From Hyaloraphidium curvatum SAG 235-1 (lineage: Eukaryota > Fungi > Monoblepharomycota), in the NCBI GenBank assembly GCA_025558095.1, contig JAIVFI010000023.1, positions 434,001 through 498,000 on the forward strand: 64,000 nt of DNA, written 5' to 3'. Below are positions 12,315 to 25,223 of the stretch, one piece after another (the first letter of the stretch is position 1; the number at the start of each line of letters is the position of its first letter). The notes beneath the pieces are model-generated. The model did not search any database. It saw only the letters and a list, made by a program, of their open reading frames with translations, and was not told where the DNA came from. The translations under genes were made by a program, and so were the position numbers.

Positions 12315-14723
12315 CTAGCTCTCGTCGTCCAGCACCATGTCCTGCCACACGTGCTTGTCCCCATCCCAGTCGTCCAACTCGTCCCGATCGAGCGATCGCT
12401 TCGTCGTGCGCGGCGGGCAGTCTGCAAACCGGCGATCGTCCGTCAGCTCCGCGCACACCTCGCCGCAGCGCCGGCGGAAACCCACTGTGGAACGTGTCGC
12501 TGGCCGGGAACCTCCTCCTGAGCGCCCTGCTCGAGTTGCGGTGGCCCCACCCCAGGTCGAGCCCGCAGTCCGACTGCGGCGTGCGCATGTTGTACAGCTC
12601 CACCAGGCCCAGGGCGGCGGACTGCATCGCGGCGGTGTAGTCCTGCGTGGGTTCCTGCGGGCGACCCGGGTCAGCGTCGGGACGGAAAGGGAGGCGAGGG
12701 ATGCGCCCACGGTGTAGGTGTAGTTCCAGTGGTCGTCCACGACCCTGTCCTCGGGCGTCGGGCCGCCCAGCAGCGCGCCGTAGAGGATGAACCGCTGCGG
12801 GGTCCGCCTGAGCACGCCCTGGACGACAAAGTCGTAGCGGATGATGTCGAGCCGCTGCCCGCGCAGCGGGAAGTCGATGAAGGAGTTGAAGGACGAGATG
12901 TGGTTGGGGTGCCGCGCCCAGGTGCGGCCGAAGCCGACCAAGTGCGAGTAGGGCCGCGGGCGGCCGGGTACGCCGGGGTTGTCTCCGAGCATGTAGTTGA
13001 TCTGGCGGATGCCCCAGTTGACGAGCGTGGTTGCGTAGGCGTCCGCGGGGTCGAACCGCCGCAGCAGCTTGGCGTACTGCAGCGCGATGCCGACGATGTT
13101 GGCCGTGTGGCGGAGGGCGCCCCAGTTCGGGCCGCGGGCGAGGCCGGCCGGGGTGTAGTACACGCACGGGCAGCTGCGGTTCATGGCGCCCGTGGGAGGG
13201 GGGTTGAGCCGGTTGGGGCGGCAGTTGCCGTACGCGGCGGGGCACGAGGGCAGCCACAGGTCCAGGTTGCGGCGGAGCTCGGCCATGTAGACGTTGCTCG
13301 AGGTGTTTGTGATTTGAGCCAGGAGCAGCGTCAGTGGGAGGAAGTGGTTCTCCCATTCGTAGGCCATGTAGAAGCGGGGGAACCGCGTGCCGTCGGCGGC
13401 GATCAGCCGGTTGTTCTCGCGCGTCCAGTAGTTCTGGGCGTCAGTGAGGTAGCGCGCCTCGCCGGTGGCCAGGTACAGGAACGCCGCGGCCTGGCCGACC
13501 TCGTCGAGGAACGACGAGGAGGGGTAGAACTCGACTGTAGACGAGGAGGGCCGTCAGCCGACGGGCCCCAAAGGCGTGTGACAGGGGGCCCCACCGTGCG
13601 AAGCGTACGCGGGCACCCTCGCGCCCCAGTTCATGTACGTCCCCGGGAACTGCGTGGCAAAGTCGTACAGCTCCCTCGACACCTGGAGGCACCGCGCGGC
13701 AAAGGTGGCGTTGGACGTGCGCAGCGCCATGTAGGCGTTGGCCATGGCCGCCGCGGACATGCCGACGATCTCGGACGACCGCCGCGCCGTGGTCAGGTAG
13801 GCGCTGTAGATGCCGCCCCGGCGGTTGCGCCCCAGCGCGGCGACCCATTCCTCCGGCGGGCCCTGCCACAGGAAGTCCTGGTTGGTGCCGATGCCCATCT
13901 GCCCCACGAAGACGTTGCGCCGCGGGTAGGCCCGGAGGATGTACTCGGCGCCGTGGGTGATCCAGCGCCGCGCCTCGTCGAGGTTGTTGATGGCGCGCAG
14001 GTGCTCGGCGTAGTTCCACGTGTTCCACCCGAGGATGGTGAGCGTGTGTGCAAAGGGGCCGCCGAACTTGAGCGCGTTGGTGGCCTCGTCTGGCAGATCG
14101 AGGGGTCAGCGGGCGGCATATCTGGCGCAGGGGGGGGGGTTACCCACACCACCCGCCCGACATGTCCTCGCCGCCGGGTCCGCGGCAGTCCATGCACGAG
14201 TGGTAGCGCCACGCCAGGCGCTGGTACGGCAGCTGGCCGCTGCGCTGGGCCCTGCGGGACGGGGTGCGGATCGGCGGTCAGTTGTCGCACAGCGGGGTAG
14301 CGAGGTGGATGGTGCGCACCAGAAGTAGAGGTACGTCAGGTGCACGGCACGGGCTGCGGTGTGGTGTCGATCGCGTGTGGGATGGGTTGTTGAGGCGGGC
14401 AGTTCAGCGAGGGGAACAGCGGCAGGGCCAACATGGGGCCGGGCGGGCAGGCGGGGCACGGAACCGCGTCAGCGCCATTCCATCCCGGCGGGCAAGCACC
14501 ACCGACCGTAGTCGTACTTTGGCCTGGGCGGCGTGGGCAAGGGCACGGCCTGGCGCCGTTCCAGCGCCGCGTCCGCGTCGTCGTGCCCCGCGAGCTCGGC
14601 ATCGCCCTGCGGCTCGGAGGCGGGGGCGGCGGCGGCGAGGGCGCAGAGGGCCGCGAGGAGGAGGACGGCGAGGAGGGCGGCCGCCGTGCGGGGTTGGGAA
14701 GGAGGCCGGCGCGGGGCGGCCAT
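12315..14723 (-). CDS. Secreted glycoside hydrolase family 9 (cellulase-like), ~6 introns
   Basis: Signal peptide, Kex2-like RR; KYDY, AQRSGQLP..RLAWR, GGWYE..LKF, YSSSFLDEVGQAAAFLY, QINYMLGDNP, SHLVGFG, LYGALLGGP, TEPTQDYTAA. Confidence 0.88.
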
Positions 14724-15301
14724 CGCGCGGTCGGCGGGCGGCCTGCGCCCCGGCAGCGGTGGGCGAACGGTGCGATGCGCGCGGCGGCGGGAGCGGAGGG
14801 CGTCGGCGGGCCGGCTGCGGGTCCGGGAACCTGACCGATTTGTGCAAAGTCGGGGGACGTGCGGCTGCGCCTCGGCGAGAAGGCTGGTGGCCGCCGCGCC
14901 GCTGACTGCGGCCAAACGGCACCCCGGATCGACCTTGTCGCGCACGGGACACTGGGCTTCTTGGGGAGCACAGTACGTCCGAGCTCGCCCGCTCGGGACG
15001 CGGCCTGGAGCCGGGCAGGATGCCTGACGACCTGAGTACCTAGATCAGGGCCCCGCAACGCCAACCTTTAGGCGTTCAACCCCTCCATCAGGCACCGAGC
15101 CCGGTCCGTCGGCAGATGCAATCCGCGGACGGTCGCGATGCGTGCTCCGGCGTGCAGTGCTCGTTAGCCGTCCGCGTCCGAGCATCCCGACGACGCCGAT
15201 CACGCCGCCACGCGGTACCCCCGACACCCATCCGCGACCGCGATCCCGCCCGTCGCGCCCCGAAACGCGTCGCAAACCCCGCTTTGCCCCTCGCCCGCGC
15301 G

Positions 15302-15829
15302 ATGTCCGCCCCGCCCACCCCGCACCCCCTCCTCCCCGCCTTCCCCGCGCTCCCCGTCCCCGGCGCGGGCCCCCTCCCTCCCCAGCTCCTCGCGCAGCTG
15401 CAATCCCTCGCCGTCGCCGCCCGAAACAACTCGTACTCGCCCTACTCCGGATTCCGCGTCGGCTGCGCGCTCCTCGCGGAAGACGGCCGCGTGTTCCCGG
15501 GCGCCAACGTCGAGAACGCGGCCTACACCCCCTGCGTGTGCGCCGAGCGCGCGGCGCTGGGCACCGCCGCCTCCGCCGGCGCGCGCAGGTTCCGCGCGGT
15601 GTTCGTGGCGTCGGATTCGCGCGGGTGGATATTCCCGTGCGGGGTGTGCAGGCAGGTCCTGCGCGAGTTTTCGGCGGGGGACCTGGAGGTGTGGTGTTCC
15701 CGGCAGACCGCGGGGGAGGGGGCCGAGTGGAAGGTGTGGACGCTGGGGCAGCTGCTGCCGCACGGGTTCGGGCCCGAGGACCTGGGGATGGGGACGGGGG
15801 GTGCGGAGGCACGGGCGGGCGGGAGCTGA
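15302..15829 (+). CDS. CDD1: Cytidine deaminase (homotetrameric type)
   Basis: SYSPYSGFRVGCAL, GANVENAAY, CAERAA, PCGVCRQ. Confidence 0.95.
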   Translation: MSAPPTPHPLLPAFPALPVPGAGPLPPQLLAQLQSLAVAARNNSYSPYSGFRVGCALLAEDGRVFPGANVENAAYTPCVCAERAALGTAASAGARRFRAVFVASDSRGWIFPCGVCRQVLREFSAGDLEVWCSRQTAGEGAEWKVWTLGQLLPHGFGPEDLGMGTGGAEARAGGS

Positions 15830-15889
15830 GGTGCCATTGGGGGTATCGCGGGACCCGTACACAGCGTGGGCCGACGGAGGTTGCGGGGA

Positions 15890-16797
15890 TCACGGGGGCG
15901 GCTTGGACCGCCGCTCGCGGTGCTCGAGGCGCTCGGTGAGGATCTCGTAGGCCTGGTTGATCTCGGAGATGCGGGTGTGGCAGTCGGTGCAGCCGGGGTT
16001 CTTGTCCGGGTGGCTGCGACGCCGGAGGCGGCGGGCGGAATGGATAGGGGAATCGAGGTTGTCGGGCAGAGGGACACGCAGGGTCAGCCTGTGCCGGCTT
16101 GGGGCGCCGCCCCGCGGTAACCCACTACTTGAGCACCAGCTCCCTGTACGCCTTCCTGACTTCCGTCCGGGTCGCCGACGAGCTCACGCCCAGCACCCTG
16201 CGGTACTTGCCGTCCCCCAGCCAGCTCTCGAAGAAGCGCGAGCCCGCGCCGCCGCTCTCGCCGCCCTCCCTGCCCGCCGAGCCGGCGTAGTAGGTCCACG
16301 TGCCGCCGGGGCCGTCGGCGTGCGGGATGTACTCCTGAACGGGGCAGGCCGTTGGCCGACAGCAGGCGGAAGTGCGGGCCGAGGAGACCCACGAAGCCCC
16401 ACGACTCGAGCATCCTGTTGCCCCGCGCCGTCAGCATCAGCGCCACCAGCACGCCGACCAGCGCCACCCAGAAGGCGATCGACAGCAGCGTGCACCACCA
16501 TATGCAGCGGCAGCAGCCGCCCACGCAGGCGCGGCAGCACCCGCGCTGCGGCGGCGGGGGCGCGGGGCGCCCCCCGCGGTCGGCCGCCCCGCTGCCAGCG
16601 CCCCGCGCGTCCGGCGCCCCTTCCTGCGCCCGCCTGTCCCGCAGCGGCTTCGCGTCCAGCGCGAAGCTGCCGATGTCCGGCGGCGGCGCGTCCCGCCGGG
16701 GCGGCGCGGGCGGCGGGCGCGTGTACTGGTAGCCCGCGTACGCGAGCAGCGCCACGGCCATGGCGCCGAGCGCCGAAAAGTCGCCGGCGCCCTCCAT
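15890..16797 (-). CDS. Transmembrane protein with C-terminal DnaJ (J) domain, 2 introns
   Basis: Spliced YRRVLGVSSSATRTEVRKAYRELVLKY|HPDKNPGCTDC...EINQAYEIL; two N-terminal hydrophobic segments with a Cys-rich juxtamembrane stretch. Confidence 0.85.
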
Positions 16798-17099
16798 TGG
16801 CCTCTCGCGGGGGAGATCGGTCCCTAGGAGGACGGTGGTTGGCCCGCCGGGCCCTAGCCTGGCCCTTCTAGACTGCCTAGCGAGGTTAGGGGAAGACCCG
16901 CGGGGGACCGCTCGCCGCACGGAAAAGCTATCAGACCTGCCTAGACGACCCCTGCCCGTCAGCACTCCCCTCCGCCCGGCCGCCGGTCCGTGGCACCGCG
17001 TGGGCCGCCGCGGGAAGGGCTAGAAGCACTCGCCGGAGCGGGTGCCGCGGGCAGCCGGCGACGCGGACCGCGCCCCCCGCCCCCCGCACCCCCGCCACC

Positions 17100-19864
17100 A
17101 TGGACGACTCCCCGCCGCCCGACGACGAGCTCGGGGGCGGCGGCCCCGTGCGCCGCAAGAACTCGCGCGGGCGGGGCGGCCGCGCCCAGGCCGACGGCGA
17201 CGGCGGCGGCAAGAAGTACGTGTGCAGGCACGCCGACTGCAACAAGACGTTCTCGACGAGGTGGGCTCCGGCGGCGCCCCGCCCGGGAAACTGACATTGA
17301 GCTGACGTTCCTGCGGTCTCGGAACAGCGGCCACCTGGCGCGCCACGTGCGCATCCACCTCGACGGCATGGCGACATTCACTTGCATCTTCCGCACGTGC
17401 TCGTCGACCTTCTCGCGCAAGGACAACCTCAAGCAGCGTGGGTGGCTCGCGTCAATTTGCTGCTACCTTGCCTCACTGTCGGCCGTCGTTGGCTCCCCCG
17501 TGGCCAGACTTCAAGGGCCACTACAAGCCGCTCATCTCCGGCGCCCCGCCGCAGCGCGCCGCGCAACTGACCGCCGAGATGGAGCACGGCCTCGACCAGA
17601 TCGCGCGGATGCCCGAGCCCAAGATCCAGATGGTCGACGGCCAGGGCGTGCTCGAGACGGAGGACCAGGCCGCCGCAAAGGCGCGGCGCCGCGAGGCGCA
17701 GGCAAAGAAGCTGCGCGCCGCCGCAGAGGCCGGCGCCACCGGCGACGCCGTGGCCTTCCCGCCAGACCCGCCGCCCAACGTGTCGGCCGAGGCCGCGGCG
17801 GCCGCCGGCGCAGCGGGCGCGCTGTCTTTCCCCGCCGTCTCGCCGACGCCCCCGTTCGCCCAGCACATGTTCGGCGTGCCGCCCGGCGGGCCCGCGGCGT
17901 TCGGCGCGAACCCGTACATGCCGCTGCCGCCCGACTACGCCTATGGTGCGGCCGCCGCAGCAGCGGCCGCGGCGGGCGTCAAGCGCAAGCGCGACGAATC
18001 CAACCCGCACGCAGCAGACTCGGGCGAGATCCCGGCCGGGCCGGGGCCCGCAGGCTGGACCGCCGCGGGCTACCCACCGTACGGGCTGCCGCCCTCCGAG
18101 CACTCGCAGTCGGGCGCGATCCCGGGGATGCCCCCGCCCGACGCGTACTTTGCCGGCTCGCCCTACCCGGCCCCGTCGGGCCACCTCGGCTACGGCGCCG
18201 CCGGGTTCTACCCTCCCTACGGCTACCAGACGCCCTACGGCTACCCCCCGCACTACCAGCCGTCGCCGCAGATGGCCGAAGAGTACGCCAGCGGGCCGGC
18301 GATCCCGGGGCGCAACCTCTCGCAGGCCATGATCCCGGCCATGAACGCCCCCTCTGGGACGGGCTTCCCCATGCAGGACTACCGCTACGGCCCGTACCCG
18401 TACGGCCCGCCGTCCGCGGGGCCGGACTTCCCGCCCGGCGGCTTCTCCTTCGCCGGCCCGGGCCTGTCGGCCTACGGCCTCCCGTCTGGCGGGCAGTCCG
18501 GCCAGCCCGCCGGCGACGGGCCCGGTTTCTCCTCGCTGCAGCTCCCCGTCGGCGACACCGTCACCCTCGGCGTCCCGAACCCGAACGGCGGCGACCCGCC
18601 CGTGTTCAAGGTTCCCGACGGCCCCGCGCGCCCGCACGGGGACGGCGACACGGACGCGTCGCCCAACCCCAAGCCGGACTCGGAGGACCTCGCGGCGCGC
18701 GCGGTGGTGCCCACGCTTTCGTCGCTCGGGCTCACCAGCGCCACGTCGGACGGGCCGTACCCGAGCATGTCGCAGTTCCCCGGCTTTTCGACGTTCGGGA
18801 TCGACGCCGGCGGCGGGAGCGCGGCCGAGGCCGCCGCGGCCGCCGCGGAGTTCGCCAAGCCGCGCACCGAGGCGTACCGCAGCTCGAGCATGGAGATCCA
18901 GGGGTTCCTCGTCGACGGCGGGGGCAGCGACGCGGAGCAGGCGGCGGCTGCCGCGGCGGTGGTCGAGGCGCGCGCGCGGCTGGATTCGCCCATGAGCGCC
19001 GCCACGCCGTCGGACAAGGTGGACATGCTCGTGAGCCCGCAGGGCAAGAAGGCGACCGTGGCGTTCGACCTCGAGGCGCAGGCGAGGCTGCGGCAGGCGA
19101 CAAACGGGGAGCTGGTGGGGATGGTCGACGTCGAGGGGTTCAAGCCGCGGCCGTCGCGCGGGTTCCCGTTCGCCGTCGCGCCCGGTGGTGATGCGGCGGT
19201 GGACGTGGCGGCGATGCTGGATCCCGGCGTCGGCGTGGCGGAGCAGGCCGCGCTGCTGAACCGGACGCTGCTGGCAAACAGGCTCATGCAGCAGCAGATG
19301 GCGGCCACGGCGCCGGCGGCCATGTTCCACAACCTGCCCTTCACACGGCCGTCGATGGCCGGCGCCGTGGCGCCGGAGCTCTACCCCGCCACGGCGAGGT
19401 TCTTCATGGACCAGCAGGCCGCGCGCAAGCAGCAGCATGCCGCCGCGGCGTTTGCTGCGCCCGAACCCTCCTTCGCCTCCCCCGGCCTGCCCAGCGGCAC
19501 CATCGACCCCTTGCTGCTCATGTCGGGCTTCCAATCCCTCCCCACGCGCCCCGCCCTCGGCGCGCGCCGCTCGACCACCGCCACCGTGCGCGTGGCCCCC
19601 GCCCCCCCGGCGCCCGCGAGGCGGCTCGACGCCGTCCGGCCGCAGCTCATCCGGCGCCTGACCACGGGGCAGCTCGTCGACCGCACGGTGCCCGAGGGGT
19701 CGATCGTGGGGATCGGCGCGCCGCAGGTGCCCGGGACGGCGTTCGGGAGGGTCTCGCTGCCGCCGCAGCAGGACGCGGTGCAGCAGCAGGAGTTCCTGAT
19801 GCAGGGGAACCAGACCATGAAGACGTACCTGGAGAGGCTGCTGGCGAGCAGGCCGGGCACGTGA
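17100..19864 (+). CDS. C2H2 zinc-finger transcription factor (2 N-terminal fingers, long Pro/Tyr/Ala-rich region)
   Basis: YVCRHADCNKTFST|SGHLARHVRIH and FTCIFRTCSSTFSRKDNLKQ|HFKGH across two introns. Confidence 0.88.
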
Positions 19865-20138
19865 TCGGGAGGCGTTTGGCGGCGGGATGGAGGGGCGTCG
19901 GCGGGGCTGCTGCGCGGCGGCGGTGGATCGGGTGTTGTAGCGTGGGGTTGCCGTGTGCAGCGTCCATCTCTTGAGATTTAGAAGTAATGAGTTCGCTGTC
20001 GCTTCGCGTGAACTATCTCGGCAACGCGGGGGGGACTAGAGCGAGTGATCGTGCGGGTCCGCCCTCCCGAAGTCTCCCTGTGGCCGAACCCCCATTCAGC
20101 AGCTGCACCGCATCGCCCGACCATTCGACGCGGCCGCG

Positions 20139-21297
20139 ATGCCGGTCGACTCCACCTCCTCGTCCTGCGCGGGCTGCTCCAAACCGTTCGGCCTCTTTTC
20201 CAAATCGTACGAATGTGCGACGCCACCCGTCCCCCCCGGCGATTTCGCCCCCTGCGGCCGCCGATTCTGCTGGGACTGCCTGAACCACGCGTGCATCACG
20301 GCCACCGAGGCCGCAAAGGCCCTGGCAGGGGGCTTGGAGGGCATCGGAAAGGCGCGGATCGAATCCATGTGCAAGTCCTGCTACAAGAAGGCCGTTCCCC
20401 TGGAGTTTGGCTCGTCGGACCCCGCGATCGCCGAGGGCGTCGAGGTGTTCGAGCCCGAAGCGTTCCGCAAGAACGCGCAGACGACCGTCTTCTTCGCGCA
20501 CGGCGGCGGCGGGTGCAGGCTCATGTTCCGGCCGCACGCGAGGCACTTCCAATCCCTGGGATACCGCGCGGTGGTGTTTGATTTCCCGGGGCACGGGGCG
20601 CTGATGGACGAGCCGCTGAGCATCGAGAGCGCGATGCGGAGGATATCGCACGTGTTTGAAAAGTACGGGAGCAAGGGGCCGGATACCGCGGACTACTACG
20701 TGGGAGGGAGCTTGGGCGGCTACATCGGCATGGAATTTCTCGGTGAGGGGCACAAGGGGCTCGTTGGAAGCTCTGTCTTGACGATAATCGTGCTTCCTCC
20801 TGGCAGGCAAGTTCCCAACCATGTTCAAGAAGGCCGTCATCACCATGTGCGGCCAGAACGTCGGCGTGGGCCGCGGCATGATGGCGTCGGCGGGCCTGAT
20901 GCTCATGGGCGGCGTCTCCAACAATCTCTCTTCGGCCACGCTGCTGTCCACCATGCGGCAGCAGACGCTCGCCAACAAGAACCTGGACCCCGAGCTGCTC
21001 ATGGAGCTGCTCCGCCCTGGCTTCTTCTTCGGGCAGAACAACGAGCAGATTGCGATCCTCCGCAATTCGCACCCAGCCGCGGCACTGGAGAGGTATCCGG
21101 GGCCGGTGCTCTTCATCAACGGCTCCAAGGACTTCAGGGACTCGGAGGAAAAGTGGCTCGAGGCGTCCAACAAAGGCAACGGGGGCAAGAGCAAGCTGAT
21201 CGTGTACGAAGGGGCGGATCACTTCTTCTCCCACGATCGCCGATACATGGAGCGCTTCTTGTCGGATATGGCGGACTTCTTCGAGGAAAGGGGCTGA
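20139..21297 (+). CDS. Alpha/beta hydrolase with N-terminal FYVE-like Cys finger, 1 intron
   Basis: CAGC...CGRRFCWDC...CKSC; FAHGGG, DFPGHG, GGSLGG (Ser), NGSKD, GADH. Confidence 0.85.
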
Positions 21298-21466
21298 TGA
21301 GAGGGGGAGTGGCGATGTGTATTTGTAGTGTTATCTGTACTATTCTTGGCTGCTTAGCGTGGATGGAGACTCGGAAGGGGCCGGGCGGGCCAGATCGGAT
21401 CCGATACTCCGCACAACGCTCCTCGAACACGTCTCGCGCTCGCCCCCTTCCTACCATTAAATGACG

Positions 21467-22928
21467 ATGGCGAGCAGGAAATACGCACTTACCGTGTACG
21501 GAGCCACCGGTTTCACCGGCGAGAGAGTCGCGAGGGAGGCCGCGAAGCGACTCCCGCCGGGGGTCACGAAGGGCGACTTCCGGTGGGCCATCGCAGGGCG
21601 TGACCGCGCCAGGCTGCAAGGTGTGTCATTCCTCGGCACTTTTCAGAGGTCGGACATGTTGCTGACACCCATGAATCGGTCGAACTCGCTGGTGCTCGGT
21701 CCTTCGTTTCCCCTCCGACCGACACGTGGGCACAGACGTGCTGGGCCGCTTGCAGCTCGGACCTGGGGTGCCCGAGCCCGACATCGTGATCGCCGATTCG
21801 AAGAACGAGCCGTCGATCGAGGACATGTGCCGCTCCGCGCGTGTCGTGATCAACTGCGTCGGGCCGTTCCGGTTCTACGGCGAAGTCGTCGTCAGGTTCT
21901 GCGCGCAGCACGGATCGGACCATGTGGATATAACTGGAGAGCCGGAGTTCGTCGAGACGATGTACCTGCGGTACCACCGTGCCGCCAGGAAGAGCGGCGC
22001 TACGATCAGCTCGTGTTGCGGGTTCGACTCGATTCCGGCCGAGTTGGGAACCGTCTTTGTCAAACGCGCTTTCGCAGCGGAGGGAGCAACGGCGACGCAG
22101 GTCGAGATGTTCCACCGCGTGCTGTACGACGAGCGCTTCGGGCTCACGGCCAACTTTGCCACGTACGAGTCAGCGGTGAACGGATTCGGTTTCGCGCACG
22201 AGCTGCGCGAGACCCGCAAGATGATCGACGCCGAGATGGACCTCCCCAAGCTCCCTACGATCCGGCCGAAGCTGAAGCTCAACACCGGGCTGTTCCACAA
22301 GGAAAAGCGGCTGGACCTGTGGACGCTGGTGTTCCCCGGGGCCGATGCCGCTTGCGTTCGACTTTCTCAGCGTCAGGTTCTGCAGCTTGCGAAGGAGGGG
22401 TCTTCACCGAAAGGAAACAGCAGCCTGCGATCGATACCTCCTGTGCAGTTCAGCGCTTATTTTGGGATTCTGAAGCTCTGGAACCTTCTCTTGCTTCTGT
22501 TCTACGGCGCCGTCTTTTCCCTGCTCGCACGCTACGAATGGGGCCGCAAAGCTCTCTTGGATTATTCGGGGCTCTTTTCCCACGGCGTGTTTGTGAGGAA
22601 CAAGACCCCATCGGAGGAACAGCTGCGCGGCGCTGCGAGCGAGACCGTGCTCATCGGCCGGGGCTTCAAGCGAGGTTCGTCTGGCAACAAGCTCGATCTG
22701 GAGATCGTGGTGAAGCAGTCTGGACCCGAGCCGGGCTACGTGGGCACGCCGATCTTCATCGTCGCTTGCGCCCACCAGCTGCTGAAGGAGAAGCACGGGG
22801 CTAAGCCCACGGGGCTCATTCCACCCGGCGTGCTGCTCCCCGCCGCGGCTTTTGGCGACACGGACTTGATTGAGCGACTGCAGGACCTGGGGGAGAAGTT
22901 CGAGGTCGTGGAGCGGCGCGAGTTGTAG
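21467..22928 (+). CDS. Saccharopine dehydrogenase-like oxidoreductase (SCCPDH-like), 1 intron
   Basis: VYGATGFTG, WAIAGR, INCVGPFRFYGE, DITGEP, CGFDSIPAELG, GPEPGYVGT, GVLLPAAAFG. Confidence 0.92.
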
Positions 22929-23168
22929 TGATAGCTCTCGTCGTGGTCGTGCATCGTTAGCTGTTTGCTTGGTAGTAGCGCTTCGTTGTGGCTTTCTGGC
23001 GCGGAAGATTGAAGGCGGATCGGCGATGGCGAGCTTTCCGCCCCGCGTCGTCAACAGTTTCGCCCTTTTCCCGGCAGTCCCAAAGCGAATCCCGTAATGG
23101 ACGGACTTCTACGATAGAGTCTTCCTTCTCGGTGTCATCTGATTCCGCGCCGGCCTGCCGTGGAAGAG

Positions 23169-25027
23169 ATGGACGACGATAAACGGCCTCCTGCGCCGGC
23201 TGTCGCGGGGAACAATGTGGGGCCTGAATCGCTCTCGAACGGGACCGAGGACATGAGAGCGGAACTTGAACTTTCTCCTGCTGCTGCAGTAGATCCCAAA
23301 GGGTCTTCTGGCAGCACGAAGCTGGAAGAGTCCTCACCGAAGGCGCTTTCTCGGGGCCTGGACGGCGAAACGTCGCCGCGACGGACATTCGCAGAACGTC
23401 TGCGATCTTTCTTCTTTTCTCTTCGCGGAATCACGACCGTTCTGTACTCCCTGTCTTTCTTTGTGCTCGGACTCTGCTTGAGCACCCTCGGCCCGGCGCT
23501 CCTCAGCCTAAGCTATCAGCTGAACGATACTCTCCAGCAGGCAGCGTTGGCCTTCACGATTCGTTCGGTCGGCTACGCTCTGGGCTCCTTGATTTCGGGC
23601 CCCCTCTTTGATCGGTTCCCTGGTCACCCGTTCCTTGGCCTGTCGCTGGTGGTTGCTGGGATAGGAACCTGCCTCATTCCGAGTGCTCGGACTTCGGCCG
23701 CACTGTTTGCCATCACGGCGTTCCAGGGCCTGGCTATGGGCGCGACGGACACGGGCGCCAACCTGCTCATCATCTTTCTCTGGGGCTCGGAAGTCGGTCC
23801 GTGGATGCAGCTGCTACATTTCTCCTTTGCAATCGGTGCGGCGCTCGGCCCGCTCTTCTTGAGGGCATTCTACAAGCCGATACCGGGCAACACCGTGACG
23901 GGAGACTATTCGGGTGCCTTTTACTGCATTGGTGCCCTGACTCTGCTCGTCGGCGGGGCGCTTGCCTTTGTGAAGAGCCCGAGGTCGCGGACCGACACGA
24001 AGATCGGGACCCTGGACAGTGCGGTCGAAGAGATTGTCGTGGATACCACGAAGGAGAAAGAACCCAGTGCTGTGGAGAGCGTGGCCCTGCGGAGCGCGGC
24101 GCCGACACCAACAACCGCGGTGCCGACGCCCGCAAGCGCTACCCTCGACCAAGACGGGTTTGCGCAGTACCACAAGCAGCGCGACCGCATCATTTGGGTC
24201 GAAGTCTTCATGATGTTCTGGTTGCTCTTTTTGTACGTGGGCGCCGAAACGGGCTATGGAGGCTACGTAACTTCGTATGCCGTCCTCGCGCTCTCCACCA
24301 CGGAGGCAACGGGGCAGCTTCTAGCCTCTGTTTTCTGGTGGGCGATCACCGCTGGAAGGTTTTCAAGCAGTGAGTGTTCTCCGTGTTCTTCGCGTTACGC
24401 TTGTGGACTGACTTGGAATTCGCAGTCTTCATCTCAATGCGGATCACGCCGCGTCTGTTCCTTACATCCTCAATGGCCCTGAGTTTCGTGTTCACGGTCA
24501 TGCTGGCGGTTGGAGTGGGCGTCTTCAAGTCGCTCGAGACCCTGTGGGCCGGAACGGTGCTTTTCGGGCTTGCAATGGCGTGCATCTTCCCTACGTGAGT
24601 GGCTACCAATAATGGCGAGTATATCGAGCTGATGGACACTCTCCCAAGATCGATCGAACTCGCTGAAACATATTGGCCTGTCAAGGGTATTCATACCATG
24701 GTGTTCGTCGTCGGCGGTGCTGTGGGCGAGATTGTCCTGCCGCTCGTGATTTCAAGGTTCCTCGGAGGTGGGATGCGGCGGTCGTTGCCGCCGGACGTCG
24801 TTTCTGACCAGCACCCTGCAGATCCCTATGCCGAACCGGGGTCGGACGATCACAGCAAGAACGTCCCGGACGTGCTCCTGTGGACATGCTTGGCCGCGTG
24901 CGGGATCAACCTGAGCATCCTTGCGATCGTACTGGTTCTCGGGGAGGGGATGAAGCGGAAGGAGTGCGATTTCCGGGCCTTGTTGAGCACAACGGCGGAA
25001 CGGAGAGCTGCGGAGGCTGCGATCTAG
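23169..25027 (+). CDS. MFS transporter (MFSD4/fucose-permease-like), 2 introns
   Basis: Multiple TM helices; GPLFDRF, DTGANLLI, MQLLHFSFAIGAALGP, LYVGAETGYGG, FWWAITAGR. Confidence 0.9.
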
Positions 25028-25223
25028 TAGAACTGTGTATTGGATGTGGCATTGAAACGAGGAGAATGAAACGATAAATTGGAGGACAGTTTGGGGAACC
25101 CGATCGGATTTGCGAAGCGGATGACGCGATTCGCGGCGTGGACGCCGAAATCCCCCCCGATCCCGCGCGCCCGACAACTTCGAATCGCAGGACCGCAACC
25201 CACTCGCCATCAAAGCCAACACC

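Noticed and set aside
12729-14300. Long antisense and alternative-frame ORFs (also 17429-19534, 41900-43339, 3736-5304 and many others)
   Set aside because: Shadows of real genes in high-GC DNA; Arg/Gly/Pro-rich translations with no domains
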